DNA of 64,000 bases from an uncultured Thermoleophilia bacterium (GCA_963702475.1 CAVPCT010000005.1:192001-256000); one strand, 5' to 3'. Numbered from the stretch's first letter, positions 40,104 to 50,953 are shown. Program-made: numbers and translations. The notes: generated from the sequence alone by a model not told the origin.

Positions 40104-41238
40104 GTGAGCGACGCCCGCGGAGAACCCCAGGACCCAGGCGCCGGGCCGGCGCGCGTCCGGCCGCGCCGCAGGCGCGGCAGACTCGCGCCGGCGCTTGTCG
40201 TCATCCTCGTGGTCGGCGTCGCCGCCGTGGCCGGCGCCTTTCTGCTGGCGCGCGCGTCGGAGAGGACGACCTCGCGCGCCGGCCCGCAGGGGCCGTATCT
40301 CGTCGGCGCCTGGACCTTCGGCGACACCGCCTCGTTCGAGCGCGCCCTCGACGCCGGCGCGCTCGACGAGGTGAGCCTGGACTGGCTGCAGTCGCGACCC
40401 GACGGCTCGGTCGTGGCGCCGCGTTTCGACGGCGCCTTCCTCGAGCGCGTGCGAGAGAGCGGCGTCGCCGTCTGCGTCACGCTGACCGACTACGACCAGA
40501 CGCTCGGCACGTTCGACGGGTCCATCCCGCAGGCCATCCTCGCCACGGCCGCATCGCGCCGGCGCCACGCCGAGGCGGTGGCCGAGTGGTGCCGCGCCCA
40601 CGACGTGGACGGCCTCGACCTGGACTGGGAGGCGCTGCGGCGGGACCAGCGTGCCCGGTTCACCGCCTTCGTAAGGCAGCTTGCCCGGCGGCTGCACGAG
40701 GACGGGCGCTTCCTCGCCGTCGACGTGGTGCCCAAGACCTACGAGCCCGGCGGCTGGAGCACGCCCCAGGCGCAAGACTGGAAGGACCTGGGGCGCATCG
40801 CCGACCAGGTCCGCGTGATGACGTACAACTACTCGGGCTCGTGGTCGGGCCCAGGCCCGCTCTCGCCGCCGGGCTGGATGGACGCCGTCCTCGACTTCGC
40901 GGAGACTCAGATACCGCCGCAGAAGATCGTGATGGGTCTGGGCTTCTACGGGCGCGACTGGAGAGGCGCGCAGACCACCGACCTGGTGTGGGCGGACGTG
41001 CGCGAATCCGCGACACGCGCACGACCCGAAGACCTACCGCGGGCCGACCGAGGAGCTCACCCTCACCTACGAGGTGGACGGCCACGCGCACATCGCCTAC
41101 TTCCCGGACGCGAAGGCGATCGACGCCAAGGTGCGCATGATGCTCCGCGAGCACCCGCGCATCGGCGGCGTGTACGGCTGGATGCTGGGCCAGGAGCAGC
41201 CGTCGGTGTGGCGGGTGCTCGACGAGCGGCTGCACTGA
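40104..41238 (+). CDS. membrane-anchored glycoside hydrolase family 18, frameshifted at ~41010
   Basis: DGLDLDWE (DxxDxDxE), VMTYNY, GLGFYGRDW; the C-terminus GGVYGWMLGQE lies in another frame. Confidence 0.8.
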
Positions 41239-41344
41239 GCGACGGAAGAGGGCTCAGCTGACGGGGCGGCGCAGCGGCACCGGCTACTGAGCGACGGAAG
41301 AGGGCTCAGCTGACGGGGCGGCGCAGCGGCACCGGCTACTGAGC
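41234..41344. repeat. exact tandem duplication of a 52-bp unit containing a CTGAGC/GCTCAG hairpin
   Basis: Units start at 41234 and 41286, with a partial third at 41338. Confidence 0.9.
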
Positions 41345-41391
41345 AGAACGGCGCCGGCCGGCCGTGAGAGCCGGCGCCGGCCGCCAGCGGG

Positions 41392-42360
41392 TCAGGACGA
41401 GGTGTCCGGGGGCTCGCCGTCCCAGTAGTCGCACAGGGCGAGCCGCCCCGTCACGCCCAGCCCGCGGAAGCGCACCTTGCCGCTGCGCGGGTAGAACGTC
41501 ATCTCGTCGCTGCGCCGCTGACCATAGGCGAGCAGTGTCATGCCGAGGGCGTTCGCCATGAAGGCGTGGGCCACCCCGCTCCCCGCCGGACGCACGAGCA
41601 CGTCACCCCTCTTGATCACGTGGATGCGCAGCTGCGGCGGCACCTGGTCGCAGTCGTAGGCAAGGACCGTGCCGTCGCCCTCCAGGACCACGAAGATCTC
41701 CTCCTCGGCGGCGTGCACGTGCGGCGGGCAGTTGAGCCGGTTGTGGGTGATGACGACGTGGTTGAGGCCGGTGAGGCGCGAGCCGGCCGCCAGACCCAGT
41801 GAGCGCTGCCGCCGTTCCGTGTCCCCCTGCGAGATGAGGACCTCCTCAACATCCTCGACCGCGACCACGTTGGCAGGCCGCGGGCCCGGGTCGGGCACGT
41901 CCAGATCGCCGGCGGCCAGTTCGCGGGCCCACGGGTGCGGATCCTCACCGACCCGCACCCAGCTTCTCCCGAGCCACGCGACCCCGGTGCGCGGCAGCCG
42001 CGCGGTGGCGGGGTTCTCCCTCGTGCCGAACGCCAGTACCTCCAGACCCTGCGCACCGGCGATGAGCGTGTGCTCCTTGCCGCCGGCCACGTGGGCGATG
42101 CAGTCCCCGGGGCGGATGTCGCACGTGGCCCCGCCCTGCCAGAGAAGACCCCACCCGTCGACGACGTAGAAGATCTCCTCCTCGGCGTCGTGTGCGTGCA
42201 CGGGCGTCGAGCGGCACTCCGGCTCGATGCTGATGCGCTTGAGGCCGGTCTGCACGCTGCCGCCGGCCTTGCCGAGATCCGTCCAGGTGGCCTTGAGCGG
42301 GCCCATCTCCACGACGCGTCCCGCCACGTCCTCGCCGTGCACCAATCCGCTGAGCGGCAC
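41392..42360 (-). CDS. bicupin domain protein
   Basis: Two PxHxH.AEEEIF...H motifs. Confidence 0.85.
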   Translation of the reverse strand: MPLSGLVHGEDVAGRVVEMGPLKATWTDLGKAGGSVQTGLKRISIEPECRSTPVHAHDAEEEIFYVVDGWGLLWQGGATCDIRPGDCIAHVAGGKEHTLIAGAQGLEVLAFGTRENPATARLPRTGVAWLGRSWVRVGEDPHPWARELAAGDLDVPDPGPRPANVVAVEDVEEVLISQGDTERRQRSLGLAAGSRLTGLNHVVITHNRLNCPPHVHAAEEEIFVVLEGDGTVLAYDCDQVPPQLRIHVIKRGDVLVRPAGSGVAHAFMANALGMTLLAYGQRRSDEMTFYPRSGKVRFRGLGVTGRLALCDYWDGEPPDTSS

Positions 42361-42484
42361 CTCGTCCTCCCTCGTCGACACCCGCCGCGGCTCGTTCCGC
42401 AGCGCCGGCCGGAGGTCCACCGACCGGGTCCCGAGTGTAGCAGAGCGGCCCTTCGGGTCCGGGACAGGAGCCGGCAGCGATCAC

Positions 42485-42526
42485 GCGGCGAGGGCGGCGG
42501 CGCTGCGCGCCGCCGCCCTCGCCGCC
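42485..42526. terminator. long GC hairpin
   Basis: 19-bp stem GCGGCGAGGGCGGCGGCGC / GCGCCGCCGCCCTCGCCGC after the gene ending at 42555. Confidence 0.55.
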
Positions 42527-42554
42527 AAGTACGGTGCCCGCCGGCCGACGGACG

Positions 42555-43859
42555 TCAGGCCGGTGGCGCGGGGGCAGCCGGGGGCTCTGGCGCCGGCGGC
42601 GGCGCCGCGGCCGGCTCGGCCGGCGCTTCTTCCGCGACCTGGGTCGCGGCCTCGCCCGGCCCTGCCGCGGCCTCGATGACCGCTTCGGAGGCCGCATCAC
42701 CCGGCACGGCAGGCGGCGGCACGGCAGCCCCGGCCGCCTCCGTCACACCTGTGACCTCGGCGGCCGCCGCGGCCTCAGGGGCCGCCTCAGCGACCACGGG
42801 CACCACCGGCGGCTGTGCGGCGGGAGGCGGCGGCGCCTCCGCGACGGCCGGCGGAGCCGGGGGCGGAGGCACGGCTGCCTGCGCGCCGGCCGCCGTCGCC
42901 GAGGGCGGCGGCGCCAGCGGAGCGACGAGCGGAGCCACGAGCGGCGGCGGAGGCACGGGTTGCCCGGGCTGGCCGAACTGGCCGGGCTGGCCGAACTGCC
43001 CGGGCTGGCCGAGCTGCCCGGGCGGCGGCGGGGTGAACGGGCCGGGGACGGCCGGAGCGGCGGCGTTGGTCACGTCCAGGACCACAGCCTCCCCGCCGGC
43101 ATTGAGATACATGGTGCTCACGTAGCAGATGGCGAAGGGGAACGCCAGGATCTCGAAGACGAACATGAGGATGGTGCCGAACGTCGACGACTCCCGGCTG
43201 ATGAGCGAGATGATGAGCCCGATGACGAAGAACGCGACCCCCAGCACGATGATGATCCCGAAGGTCTGCCACCAGCCCGTGCGCTTCACCATCCTGCTGC
43301 TGGCACGGGCCGCGTCGGCGAACGAGACCTCGCGGTCGGCGATCAGCGGCAGCACGTAGATCCAGGTCGTCCCCAGCCACGCGAGGAACACCGGCACCGC
43401 GATCCAGCCCACGATGGGGATCAGGAAGACCAGCCCGCAGGCGATGCCGATACCGGCCATCACGAGCCAGAAGACCAGGAACGAGCCGAACTTGTGGAAC
43501 CCGCTGAACAGGTCACCGAAGTTGACGCCACGCTCGTCGCGCGCGGCCCCGATGACCATCTCGAACATGCCGCCGTAGAAGACGGTAGCTATCACCGACA
43601 CGATGAGGTAGCCGATGAGCGCGAGGATGCCGGCGAACACCAGGGACCCGATGCCGACGCCCGTCAGCCCCGAGGAGTCGTTGACTGAGCCGGCGGCGAT
43701 GCCGCCGATGCTGACCGCCGCGACCCCGGCCACGATGACCACGACCACGACGGCGATGACCCCCACGATGAGCCCGACGACGAGCCCCGCGAGGATCAGC
43801 CACCCCACATCCCGGCGCCACAACTCCCATGCTTTGGCGAACACCTCGCCGATGGTCAT
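42555..43859 (-). CDS. integral membrane protein with Pro/Ala-rich tail (paralog 1 of 3)
   Basis: MTIGEVFAKAWELW, several TMs, PGQFGQ repeats. Confidence 0.8.
   Translation of the reverse strand: MTIGEVFAKAWELWRRDVGWLILAGLVVGLIVGVIAVVVVVIVAGVAAVSIGGIAAGSVNDSSGLTGVGIGSLVFAGILALIGYLIVSVIATVFYGGMFEMVIGAARDERGVNFGDLFSGFHKFGSFLVFWLVMAGIGIACGLVFLIPIVGWIAVPVFLAWLGTTWIYVLPLIADREVSFADAARASSRMVKRTGWWQTFGIIIVLGVAFFVIGLIISLISRESSTFGTILMFVFEILAFPFAICYVSTMYLNAGGEAVVLDVTNAAAPAVPGPFTPPPPGQLGQPGQFGQPGQFGQPGQPVPPPPLVAPLVAPLAPPPSATAAGAQAAVPPPPAPPAVAEAPPPPAAQPPVVPVVAEAAPEAAAAAEVTGVTEAAGAAVPPPAVPGDAASEAVIEAAAGPGEAATQVAEEAPAEPAAAPPPAPEPPAAPAPPA
42961..43023 (-). repeat. 18-bp coding tandem repeat (PGQ[LF]GQ)
   Basis: About 3.5 copies inside the CDS. 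Confidence 0.7.
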
Positions 43860-44041
43860 ATCGCCTCCCCATTCTTCTCGGTGTGCGAGCCGCGCGCGAC
43901 CGCAGGCCATCGGGCACACGCTACTATCGGATACGTCCGCCTGTCACGTGTTCCTTCTGCCGAGGCGACGTCCGGCCAGACGACAGCCTGCGCGCTCCCG
44001 CCGCCGCGTACGCCCGCGGTGCGCCGGCCACGCCCGGCCGA

Positions 44042-45241
44042 CTACGCCAGGCGCGGCGGCTCAGGCGGCGCGGGCGCTTCGGGCGGCGTGGGCGCCCCGT
44101 CGGGCGCCAAGCCCGGATCCGATGCCGCGCCGGGCGCGGGCGCCGGTTGCTCGGCCGCCGGGGGCCCGGACGCGTCCGCAGGCGGCACAGCCGTGGGCGG
44201 TGGAGCCGGCGAGTACGCCGGCGGAGCCGCCCCAGGCGGCGCCGCCCCTGATGCCGGCGCCTGAACGGGTGGCTGCGACGGAGGTTCCGGCGGCTGCCAC
44301 GCCGTCCCGCCGGCCGGCGGCTGCCATACCGCCCTGGCCGCCGGCGGCGCCGGCGGCATCGGCGCCGCCGCCGCCGGCACATACGGCGCCGCCTGGTGCG
44401 AGTATGCCGGCGCGCCGCCCAGCGCCCCCGGCGCGACGTAGCCGGTCACGACGTCGATCAGCTCACCCTCGCCGCGCGCCTGGAAGTACATCGCCACGAC
44501 GTACGTGAGCACGAACGGGTAGAGCACGATGGTGGCCACAGCGCCGACGAACGGGATGAACCCGAGTACCGTGCTCACGGCCCCGACCGTCAGGCTGAGA
44601 ACGAAGTACGCCAGCAGCGTCCACCACCAGCGGCGACGCACGAGCCCCGTGCTCTGCGACATCGCCTCGCCGACACCCGCACCTTTGTCGACGATCACCG
44701 GGAACACGTACAACCACCTGACGAAGAGGTAGACGTAGAAGACAATGGCCGCAACCAGGAACAGGACGCCGACGCCGACCACGACCGCCGTCTCCGTCAC
44801 CCCGCCGGCCACGATCACGGCGGTCGGGACCAGCACGAGGGCGCCGTAGATGACGCCGAGGAGCACGGCGGCCCCGACCACGCGCCCGAAGATGCGGAAC
44901 CCGTTGAACGCGTCCCCGTAGGCCATCGGTCGCCCCTGACGGACGCGCAACAGCACGCCCTCGAGGAGGCCGGCGAACAGCGGCACGGTGAGGAGGAGCG
45001 CGACGACCGCGATGACCACCGAGCCCACGACCCACACGACGATGCTGGAGGAGTCCACCGACGTGATCTCGCCCTGCGCGTTGGTGGAGATTCCGCCCAG
45101 GCTCGCGCCGATGGTCACGGCGATCACGACGGTCATGGCGACGGCCGGGACGATGCAGGCGATGAGCATGCCGACGATGAGGGGGCCGACATCTTTCGTG
45201 AACAGGCCCCAGCCGTCCCTGAAGAGCTTGCCGATGTCCAT
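44042..45241 (-). CDS. integral membrane protein with Pro-rich tail (paralog 2 of 3)
   Basis: MDIGKLFRDGWGLF...PLIV...YVVAMYFQARG. Confidence 0.8.
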   Translation of the reverse strand: MDIGKLFRDGWGLFTKDVGPLIVGMLIACIVPAVAMTVVIAVTIGASLGGISTNAQGEITSVDSSSIVVWVVGSVVIAVVALLLTVPLFAGLLEGVLLRVRQGRPMAYGDAFNGFRIFGRVVGAAVLLGVIYGALVLVPTAVIVAGGVTETAVVVGVGVLFLVAAIVFYVYLFVRWLYVFPVIVDKGAGVGEAMSQSTGLVRRRWWWTLLAYFVLSLTVGAVSTVLGFIPFVGAVATIVLYPFVLTYVVAMYFQARGEGELIDVVTGYVAPGALGGAPAYSHQAAPYVPAAAAPMPPAPPAARAVWQPPAGGTAWQPPEPPSQPPVQAPASGAAPPGAAPPAYSPAPPPTAVPPADASGPPAAEQPAPAPGAASDPGLAPDGAPTPPEAPAPPEPPRLA

Positions 45242-45289
45242 TCCCCTCCTCCTCTCAGCGACGCCCGGCCGGCGGAGCCGGCCGGGCCC

Positions 45290-46012
45290 TCAGCCCCGCC
45301 TGCGGCGCGCCAGCACCTGGTCGATGAGCGCCCCCTGCCCCTGCGCCTGGAAGTACATGCTGACCACGTACGCCACGGTGAAGGGCGCGGCGACCAGGCC
45401 GATGATGAACCCGATCACGGGGATCACGCTGAGCAAGCCGACGACGACGCCGACGACGATGACCCCCACCAGCCACGTGACGAATGTCGTCAGGTAGCCG
45501 AGGCGTTTCGCCATGTCCTTGCTCTCCGACATGGCCTCCCCCACGCCGATGCGGCGGTCACCGATCAGCGGCAGCGAGAAGACCCAGAGGGTCACGAAGA
45601 TGAGACCGGGGACGACGAACAGCAGGAAGCCGATACCGATGATCACTCCGAGCACGACGGCCGCGACGGCGAACGCGCCGATCTGGTCAAAGCTCTGCAT
45701 GTCCGCGTACTCGGCCGGACGGCCGTCGCGTACGCGCCGCAGCATCATGTGAAAGGTCACCGCGTACATCCAGGAGTACGCAAGGACGGTGGCCACGCCG
45801 ACCACCAGCGTGAACGCCATGGCGGAGCCGAAGCCGGCGCCCGGCAGGCCGAGGGTGATGCCGCCCAGGCCGGCCCAGCCGTCGAGGGAGACGCCGACGA
45901 TGGAGCGCACCACCCCGACGATGACCGCGGCGATCAGGGCGGTCACCGCCAGCGGCCCCCAGTCCAGCCGAAAGAGCCCCCACGCGTGAGAGAAGCACTT
46001 GCCGATATCCAT
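45290..46012 (-). CDS. integral membrane protein (paralog 3 of 3, no tail)
   Basis: MDIGKCFSHAWGLF...YVVSMYFQAQG. Confidence 0.8.
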   Translation of the reverse strand: MDIGKCFSHAWGLFRLDWGPLAVTALIAAVIVGVVRSIVGVSLDGWAGLGGITLGLPGAGFGSAMAFTLVVGVATVLAYSWMYAVTFHMMLRRVRDGRPAEYADMQSFDQIGAFAVAAVVLGVIIGIGFLLFVVPGLIFVTLWVFSLPLIGDRRIGVGEAMSESKDMAKRLGYLTTFVTWLVGVIVVGVVVGLLSVIPVIGFIIGLVAAPFTVAYVVSMYFQAQGQGALIDQVLARRRRG

Positions 46013-46103
46013 GCCCCGTCCCTCCGTCCGCCTACGCTCCCGCCTCTCGCGGGAACGGCGGCGGGTGTCGCTCGCCCGGGCCCCCTGCTACCCTTGGGGC
46101 ATC

Positions 46104-47077
46104 ATGAGCGAGTGTACCCGCGGGGACTTCCTTCGACTAGCAGCGGCGGCGGCCATCGGCACGGCGGCGGCGGCCGCGGCGGCCTGCGCGGCGGCGCCTC
46201 TGGGCCCGCCCAGCCGCCGCCCGACTCAGGCCGGCTCTCGGCGTCGCCCGGCGCCGCCGCAGCGGCCGGCAGACCGCGCCTGGCGGTGGCCCGCGGCGCC
46301 GACCCCGCCGCCATCACCGCCGCCGCTGTGGCCGCCCTCGGCGGCATCGAGCAGTTCGTGCGACGTGGGGCCGACGTGGTGATCAAGCCCAACCTCTGCA
46401 CCGGCTACCACGGCCCGGAGTACGCTGCCACCACCAATCCGGACGTCGTCGGCCAGCTCGTGGGGCTGTGCCGCGCGGCCGGCGCGAAGCGCGTGCGCGT
46501 CATGGACTCTCCCTTCGGCAGCACGGCCGAGGAGGCGTACACCGTGAGCGGCGTGCAGGCCGCGGTCGAGAAGGCCGGCGGCACCATGGAGCTCATGGCG
46601 CCGGCCCGCTTCCGCAACTTCAGCATCCCCGACGGGCGCGACATCACCGAGTGGCCCATCTACGAGGACGTGCTCTCCTGCGACGTGCTCATCAACGTGC
46701 CCATCGTCAAGGACCACGGCCTCACGCGCCTCACGCTCGGCGGCAAGAACCTGCTCGGCGTCGTCCTCTCGCCCGGCGACCTGCACGGCAGCATCGGCCA
46801 GCGCACCGCCGACCTCATGAGCGTATGCCGGCCCACGCTCACCGTGATCGACGCCTACCGCGTGCTCACCGCCAACGGACCCACCGGCGGCGATCTCAAC
46901 GATGTCGAGAAGCTCGAGACGGTCGTCGCGAGCGCCGACATGGTGACCGCCGACGCGTTCGCGGCCACCCTGATGGGCCTCACCGGGGCGGACATCCCCT
47001 ACGTCACGGCCGCCGCAGCCATGGGCCTCGGCGAGCTCGACCTCGAGAAGGTCGACGTCCATACCGAGCGCATCTGA
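46104..47077 (+). CDS. DUF362 domain protein with Tat-like signal, frameshifted at ~46190-46240
   Basis: TRGDFLR signal; VVIKPN, TNPDVV, INVPIVKDH, LGGKNLLG, GPTGG. Confidence 0.82.
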
Positions 47078-47220
47078 GTCCCGCCGGGCCACAGCGCGCG
47101 CCCTGAGCTCACCGCGTGGGGTCTCCTCCCCGCCTCATCTCCCCTCTTCACCCCATGGACCACGTCCGGTGACTAGGGCACAAGAAGGGTAGACGCGCGT
47201 CGCGACACGAGGGGGAAGCC

Positions 47221-47766
47221 GTGGACCCGCTGGAGATCCTCAGACAGGAGCACAGGTTGGCCCTCCGGGTGGTGCGTTCGGCGCGGGACATCGTCGCCGA
47301 CAGCGCCGCGGGAGGATCGCTCGACATGGACCGGCTGGGCGAGGTCCTTGACTTCCTGCGGTATTTCGCCAACGCGTGCCACGAGCCCAAAGAGGAGGAT
47401 CTGCTCTTCACCGCCCTGCACCGCCACGGCATGGAGTGGGACAGGCCGCCCCTTCGCGACCTCCTGCGGCAGCACGAGGAACTGCGCCTCGCCCTGGACT
47501 CGGCGAGCGACTGGTCCAGGCTCGTGGACCAGGGCGTCTCCGGCGCCGTCGAGCCGCTGCTGCACGACCTGCGGCTCTCGCTCGACGTCCTCGAGGGCAA
47601 CATCGCCCTCGAAGAACAGACGCTCTTCCCGCTCGCCGGTGAACGTCTGCACCAGCGCGACCTCGACGACCTCTCGACAGCCTTCGCGGCCATCGCGTGT
47701 GACGAGGAGAACGAAGGCGTCCACGCCTACTATGCCGGGGTGGCGCGGGACCTCGCCGGCGCCTGA
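47221..47766 (+). CDS. hemerythrin domain protein
   Basis: EH, CHEPKEEDLLF, QHE, EEQTLFP. Confidence 0.85.
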   Translation: MDPLEILRQEHRLALRVVRSARDIVADSAAGGSLDMDRLGEVLDFLRYFANACHEPKEEDLLFTALHRHGMEWDRPPLRDLLRQHEELRLALDSASDWSRLVDQGVSGAVEPLLHDLRLSLDVLEGNIALEEQTLFPLAGERLHQRDLDDLSTAFAAIACDEENEGVHAYYAGVARDLAGA

Positions 47767-47777
47767 TCCCGGCGCCG

Positions 47778-48800
47778 TCACGACCTCGGCCAGCGCGGCG
47801 GCTCCGCGATCAGCGACCAGCCCACAGGGTCCTCCGCCCGGCGCACCTCCGCCCAGTCCCGCTGCGTCAGCACGCGCTCGGCGACCGGTACGAGCACCTC
47901 CTCCTCGCAGGCCGACAGCTCCCGCATGCGGGCATGCAGAGTGCGGCCGCGGTCGAGTACCGACGGGGGGTCGTCCGCCGCGAGGGCCAGCCGCACCAGC
48001 CTGAGGCCGTCGAGCACGTCGTCCTGGCGGTCCCTCACCAGCCGGGCGGCGTCGCCGGCGCCGTTCCGCGCGAGGGTCGGAAGCCACGCCTCGCGCTCGC
48101 GCGTCACACGCGTCTCCACGCCGGCGAGCCTGTCCACGAGGCGGGCGACCAGCGGGCGCACCGCACGCCAGCGCCCGCGCGACGGCGATCCGCCGAGACG
48201 CTCGAGCTCGTCGCTGAGAGCCGCGGCGAGCACCTCGACCTGCGCGCCCTCACGACCGAGCGACTCGATCGGATGCCCCTCAGGCAGGGCGTCGAGCACG
48301 GCTCCGGGGCCGTGTGGCTCACGGAGGACCAGCTCGCCGACGGTCGCCGCCGCAGGGCCAGCCTTGAACGCCGCGGCCAGCGCCTCCATCTCGCCCGCAT
48401 CGTGCCCGGCGGTGAGCGCGTCGAGCCGGGCCGCGAGGTCCAGCAGGGAGCCTCCCCGCTCCAGCTCGGCGGTTATGTCGCGCAGCTCGCCGAGCCGCGG
48501 ATCGGTCGCGCTCACGTCCCGCGGGTCGTCCACCGTGCGCGGGGCACGCCCGGTGCGGCGCCGCACCTCCGTGGCAAGGTCGCGCACGAGCCTCCGCCAG
48601 GACACGTTCATCTCGAGGGCCACGTCGCCGAGCGTGGCGATCCGCGCCCACGAGACGCGGCCCCTGGCGTCCTGCAGACGCCCGAAGGCCGCGTCGTAGG
48701 ACGGCAGGAACTCGACCAGGTCCGGGAAGGCGCTCACTAGGGCGTACACCGTGGTGCGCGGTCCGAGGACGATGGTGGTGGTCTCATCGCGGCTGCTCAT
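47778..48800 (-). CDS. DUF438/DUF1858-like protein with degenerate hemerythrin fold
   Basis: TVYALV..FP.L.EFL N-domain, GHPIESL.RE, EEEVLVP...W.EV....GW. Confidence 0.65.
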   Translation of the reverse strand: MSSRDETTTIVLGPRTTVYALVSAFPDLVEFLPSYDAAFGRLQDARGRVSWARIATLGDVALEMNVSWRRLVRDLATEVRRRTGRAPRTVDDPRDVSATDPRLGELRDITAELERGGSLLDLAARLDALTAGHDAGEMEALAAAFKAGPAAATVGELVLREPHGPGAVLDALPEGHPIESLGREGAQVEVLAAALSDELERLGGSPSRGRWRAVRPLVARLVDRLAGVETRVTREREAWLPTLARNGAGDAARLVRDRQDDVLDGLRLVRLALAADDPPSVLDRGRTLHARMRELSACEEEVLVPVAERVLTQRDWAEVRRAEDPVGWSLIAEPPRWPRS

Positions 48801-48944
48801 CTGCTCACCTCGCCCCCTGCAACACCTGCGCCTAGCCTACCAGCCACGGCCGCGAAGGCGGCGACGGGCGCACGGACTGGCGACGGAGTGCCTGCCGGTG
48901 GTATCCTGCCGCTCCCGCCCCACCCCGTCCTCGCGGGCGCCTCC

Positions 48945-50930
48945 ATGAGCATCGTCACCTTCAACAACGTTGAGAAGTCCTTCGGTGGACAGCGCCTGTT
49001 CACCACCGTCACCTTCGCCGTCGACGGACACGACCACGCCGTGCTCGTCGGCCGCAACGGTACCGGCAAGACGACGCTGCTCCGACTCATCTCCGGCGAC
49101 GAGCACGCCGACGGCGGAGCGATAGCCCGAGCCCGCGGCCGCAGGGTGTGGCTCCACGGCCAGACACCGGAGCTGGAGGCGGACCGCCCTGTGCGCGACT
49201 ACCTCCTGGAGGCGTTCGGCGACGCCGTGCAGCTGGAGGCGGACCTGCGCGCGACAGAGGAGAAGCTCTCCGCGCTCGCGGAGCACAGCCCCGGCCTGCG
49301 CGACACGATGAAGGCCTATCAGCAGCTGCAACGCCGCTTCGAGGCGGCTGGAGGCTACGGCTTCAGGGCCCGGCTCACCGGCGTGGTCGAGGGCCTCGGA
49401 CTGCCCGAGGACATGCTCGACCGCGGCCTGCTGTCGCTGTCGGGCGGCGAGCTCACGCGCGTGACCCTCGCGCGGGCGCTCCTCGCCGACGCCGACCTCC
49501 TGCTGTTGGACGAACCCACCAACCACCTGGACATCGACTCCGTCGAGTGGCTCGAGGGCTTTCTCGCGGAATACCCGCGCGCCTTCGTACTGGTCACGCA
49601 CGACCGCCGTCTGCTGGAGAAGGTGGGCAGGCGCGTGCTGGCCGTGGAGCACGAACACGTGGAAGCCCAGGCGGGGGACTTCGCCACCTACCTCAAGGAG
49701 AGCGAGGCGCGGCTCGACCTCATGCGCCGCGAGTACGAACAGGACATCGAGAAGATCGCCCAGCTGCAGCGGTTCTACGACCGCTTCCACGCCAAGAAAG
49801 ACAAGGCCAAGCAGGCCAAGGCGAAGCTCACGCAGATCGAGCGGATCAGGCGCGACCTCAAGGAGCCGCCGCGACAGGCCAAGAGCTTCAAGCTGGGCCT
49901 TCCGCAGCCGCAGCCTTCCGCGCGCGTCGTCCTCGAGATGAAGACGCCCGCCCTCACCGTGGGCTCGGCAGACGAGCCGGGAGGCGTGCACACGCTGGTC
50001 CGCGATATCGAAGTCGTGCTGGAACGCGGTGAGAAGGTCGCCCTGCTCGGCGCCAACGGCTCCGGAAAGACCACGCTGGTCGAGACGGTGGCCGGCCTCC
50101 GTAACCTCGCCTCCGGAGCCGCCCACCTCGGCCACAACACGCGGGTCGCCTACTACTCGCAGCAGGGCCGCGAGCTGGACGAGGAGGCCACGTGCCTGCA
50201 GACCGTCCTGCCGCTGGCCGGGCAGGACGAGGAACAGGCACGCAAGCTGCTCGGTCGTTTCCAGTTCGGCGCCGACGAGGTCGAGAAGCGCGTGGAGATG
50301 CTGTCGGGCGGCGAGCGCAGCCGCCTCCGCCTGCTGGCGCTACTGGTCGGCGACGCCAATCTCCTGCTCCTCGACGAACCCACCAACCACCTCGACATGG
50401 GCTCGGTCGAGGCGCTGGCCGACGCCCTCGACGACTACACCGGCACCATCCTGCTGGTCACCCACGACCGCCACCTGATCGACCGGGTCGCGTCGCGCGT
50501 CCTCGAGATCCACGATGGCCGCCTGATGAACCACCTCTCGGCGACGCGCTACTGGGAGGCCAGAGCCGCGCGCCTCGGCGAGGACGCCGCCGCCGGCGCC
50601 GTCGCGGCAACAGCCTCAGGTGCCGGCTCCCGCGCCACCACGGGTGGGTCCGCCCGTCGCGCCGCCGCCCCTGCCGGCGCGGCCGGTAGCCGGCAGACGA
50701 AGGAATCGGCCGAAGAGGCCCGCCGCCGGCGCGCCCGCCTGCGCGGCGTGGAGTCGGCGATCCTGAGAGCGGAGAAACGGCTCGGCGAGATCGACGCGGA
50801 GCTCGCCGAGCCCGGGACCTACGCCGACCGGGACGCGCTCAACCGCCTGCTCGACGAGCGCGGCATCGTCGAAGGCGCGCTCGAACGTGAATACAAGGAG
50901 TGGGAGCGTCTGGTCGACGAGGTCGGGTGA
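48945..50930 (+). CDS. ABC-F family ATP-binding protein
   Basis: Two ABC domains (GRNGTGKTT, LSGGE, LDEPTNHLD twice), no TM, C-terminal coiled coil. Confidence 0.93.
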   Translation: MSIVTFNNVEKSFGGQRLFTTVTFAVDGHDHAVLVGRNGTGKTTLLRLISGDEHADGGAIARARGRRVWLHGQTPELEADRPVRDYLLEAFGDAVQLEADLRATEEKLSALAEHSPGLRDTMKAYQQLQRRFEAAGGYGFRARLTGVVEGLGLPEDMLDRGLLSLSGGELTRVTLARALLADADLLLLDEPTNHLDIDSVEWLEGFLAEYPRAFVLVTHDRRLLEKVGRRVLAVEHEHVEAQAGDFATYLKESEARLDLMRREYEQDIEKIAQLQRFYDRFHAKKDKAKQAKAKLTQIERIRRDLKEPPRQAKSFKLGLPQPQPSARVVLEMKTPALTVGSADEPGGVHTLVRDIEVVLERGEKVALLGANGSGKTTLVETVAGLRNLASGAAHLGHNTRVAYYSQQGRELDEEATCLQTVLPLAGQDEEQARKLLGRFQFGADEVEKRVEMLSGGERSRLRLLALLVGDANLLLLDEPTNHLDMGSVEALADALDDYTGTILLVTHDRHLIDRVASRVLEIHDGRLMNHLSATRYWEARAARLGEDAAAGAVAATASGAGSRATTGGSARRAAAPAGAAGSRQTKESAEEARRRRARLRGVESAILRAEKRLGEIDAELAEPGTYADRDALNRLLDERGIVEGALEREYKEWERLVDEVG

Positions 50931-50953
50931 CCTTCGGTGCCGGGCTCACGCCG

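Noticed and set aside
41234-41344. Possible mini-CRISPR array
   Set aside because: The whole units are identical with no unique spacers, there are only two copies, and no cas genes are present.
48945-50930. ABC-F as an antibiotic-resistance determinant
   Set aside because: Looks like a housekeeping Uup/YdiF-type protein with a C-terminal coiled coil; no leader peptide or mobile context, so resistance cannot be supported.
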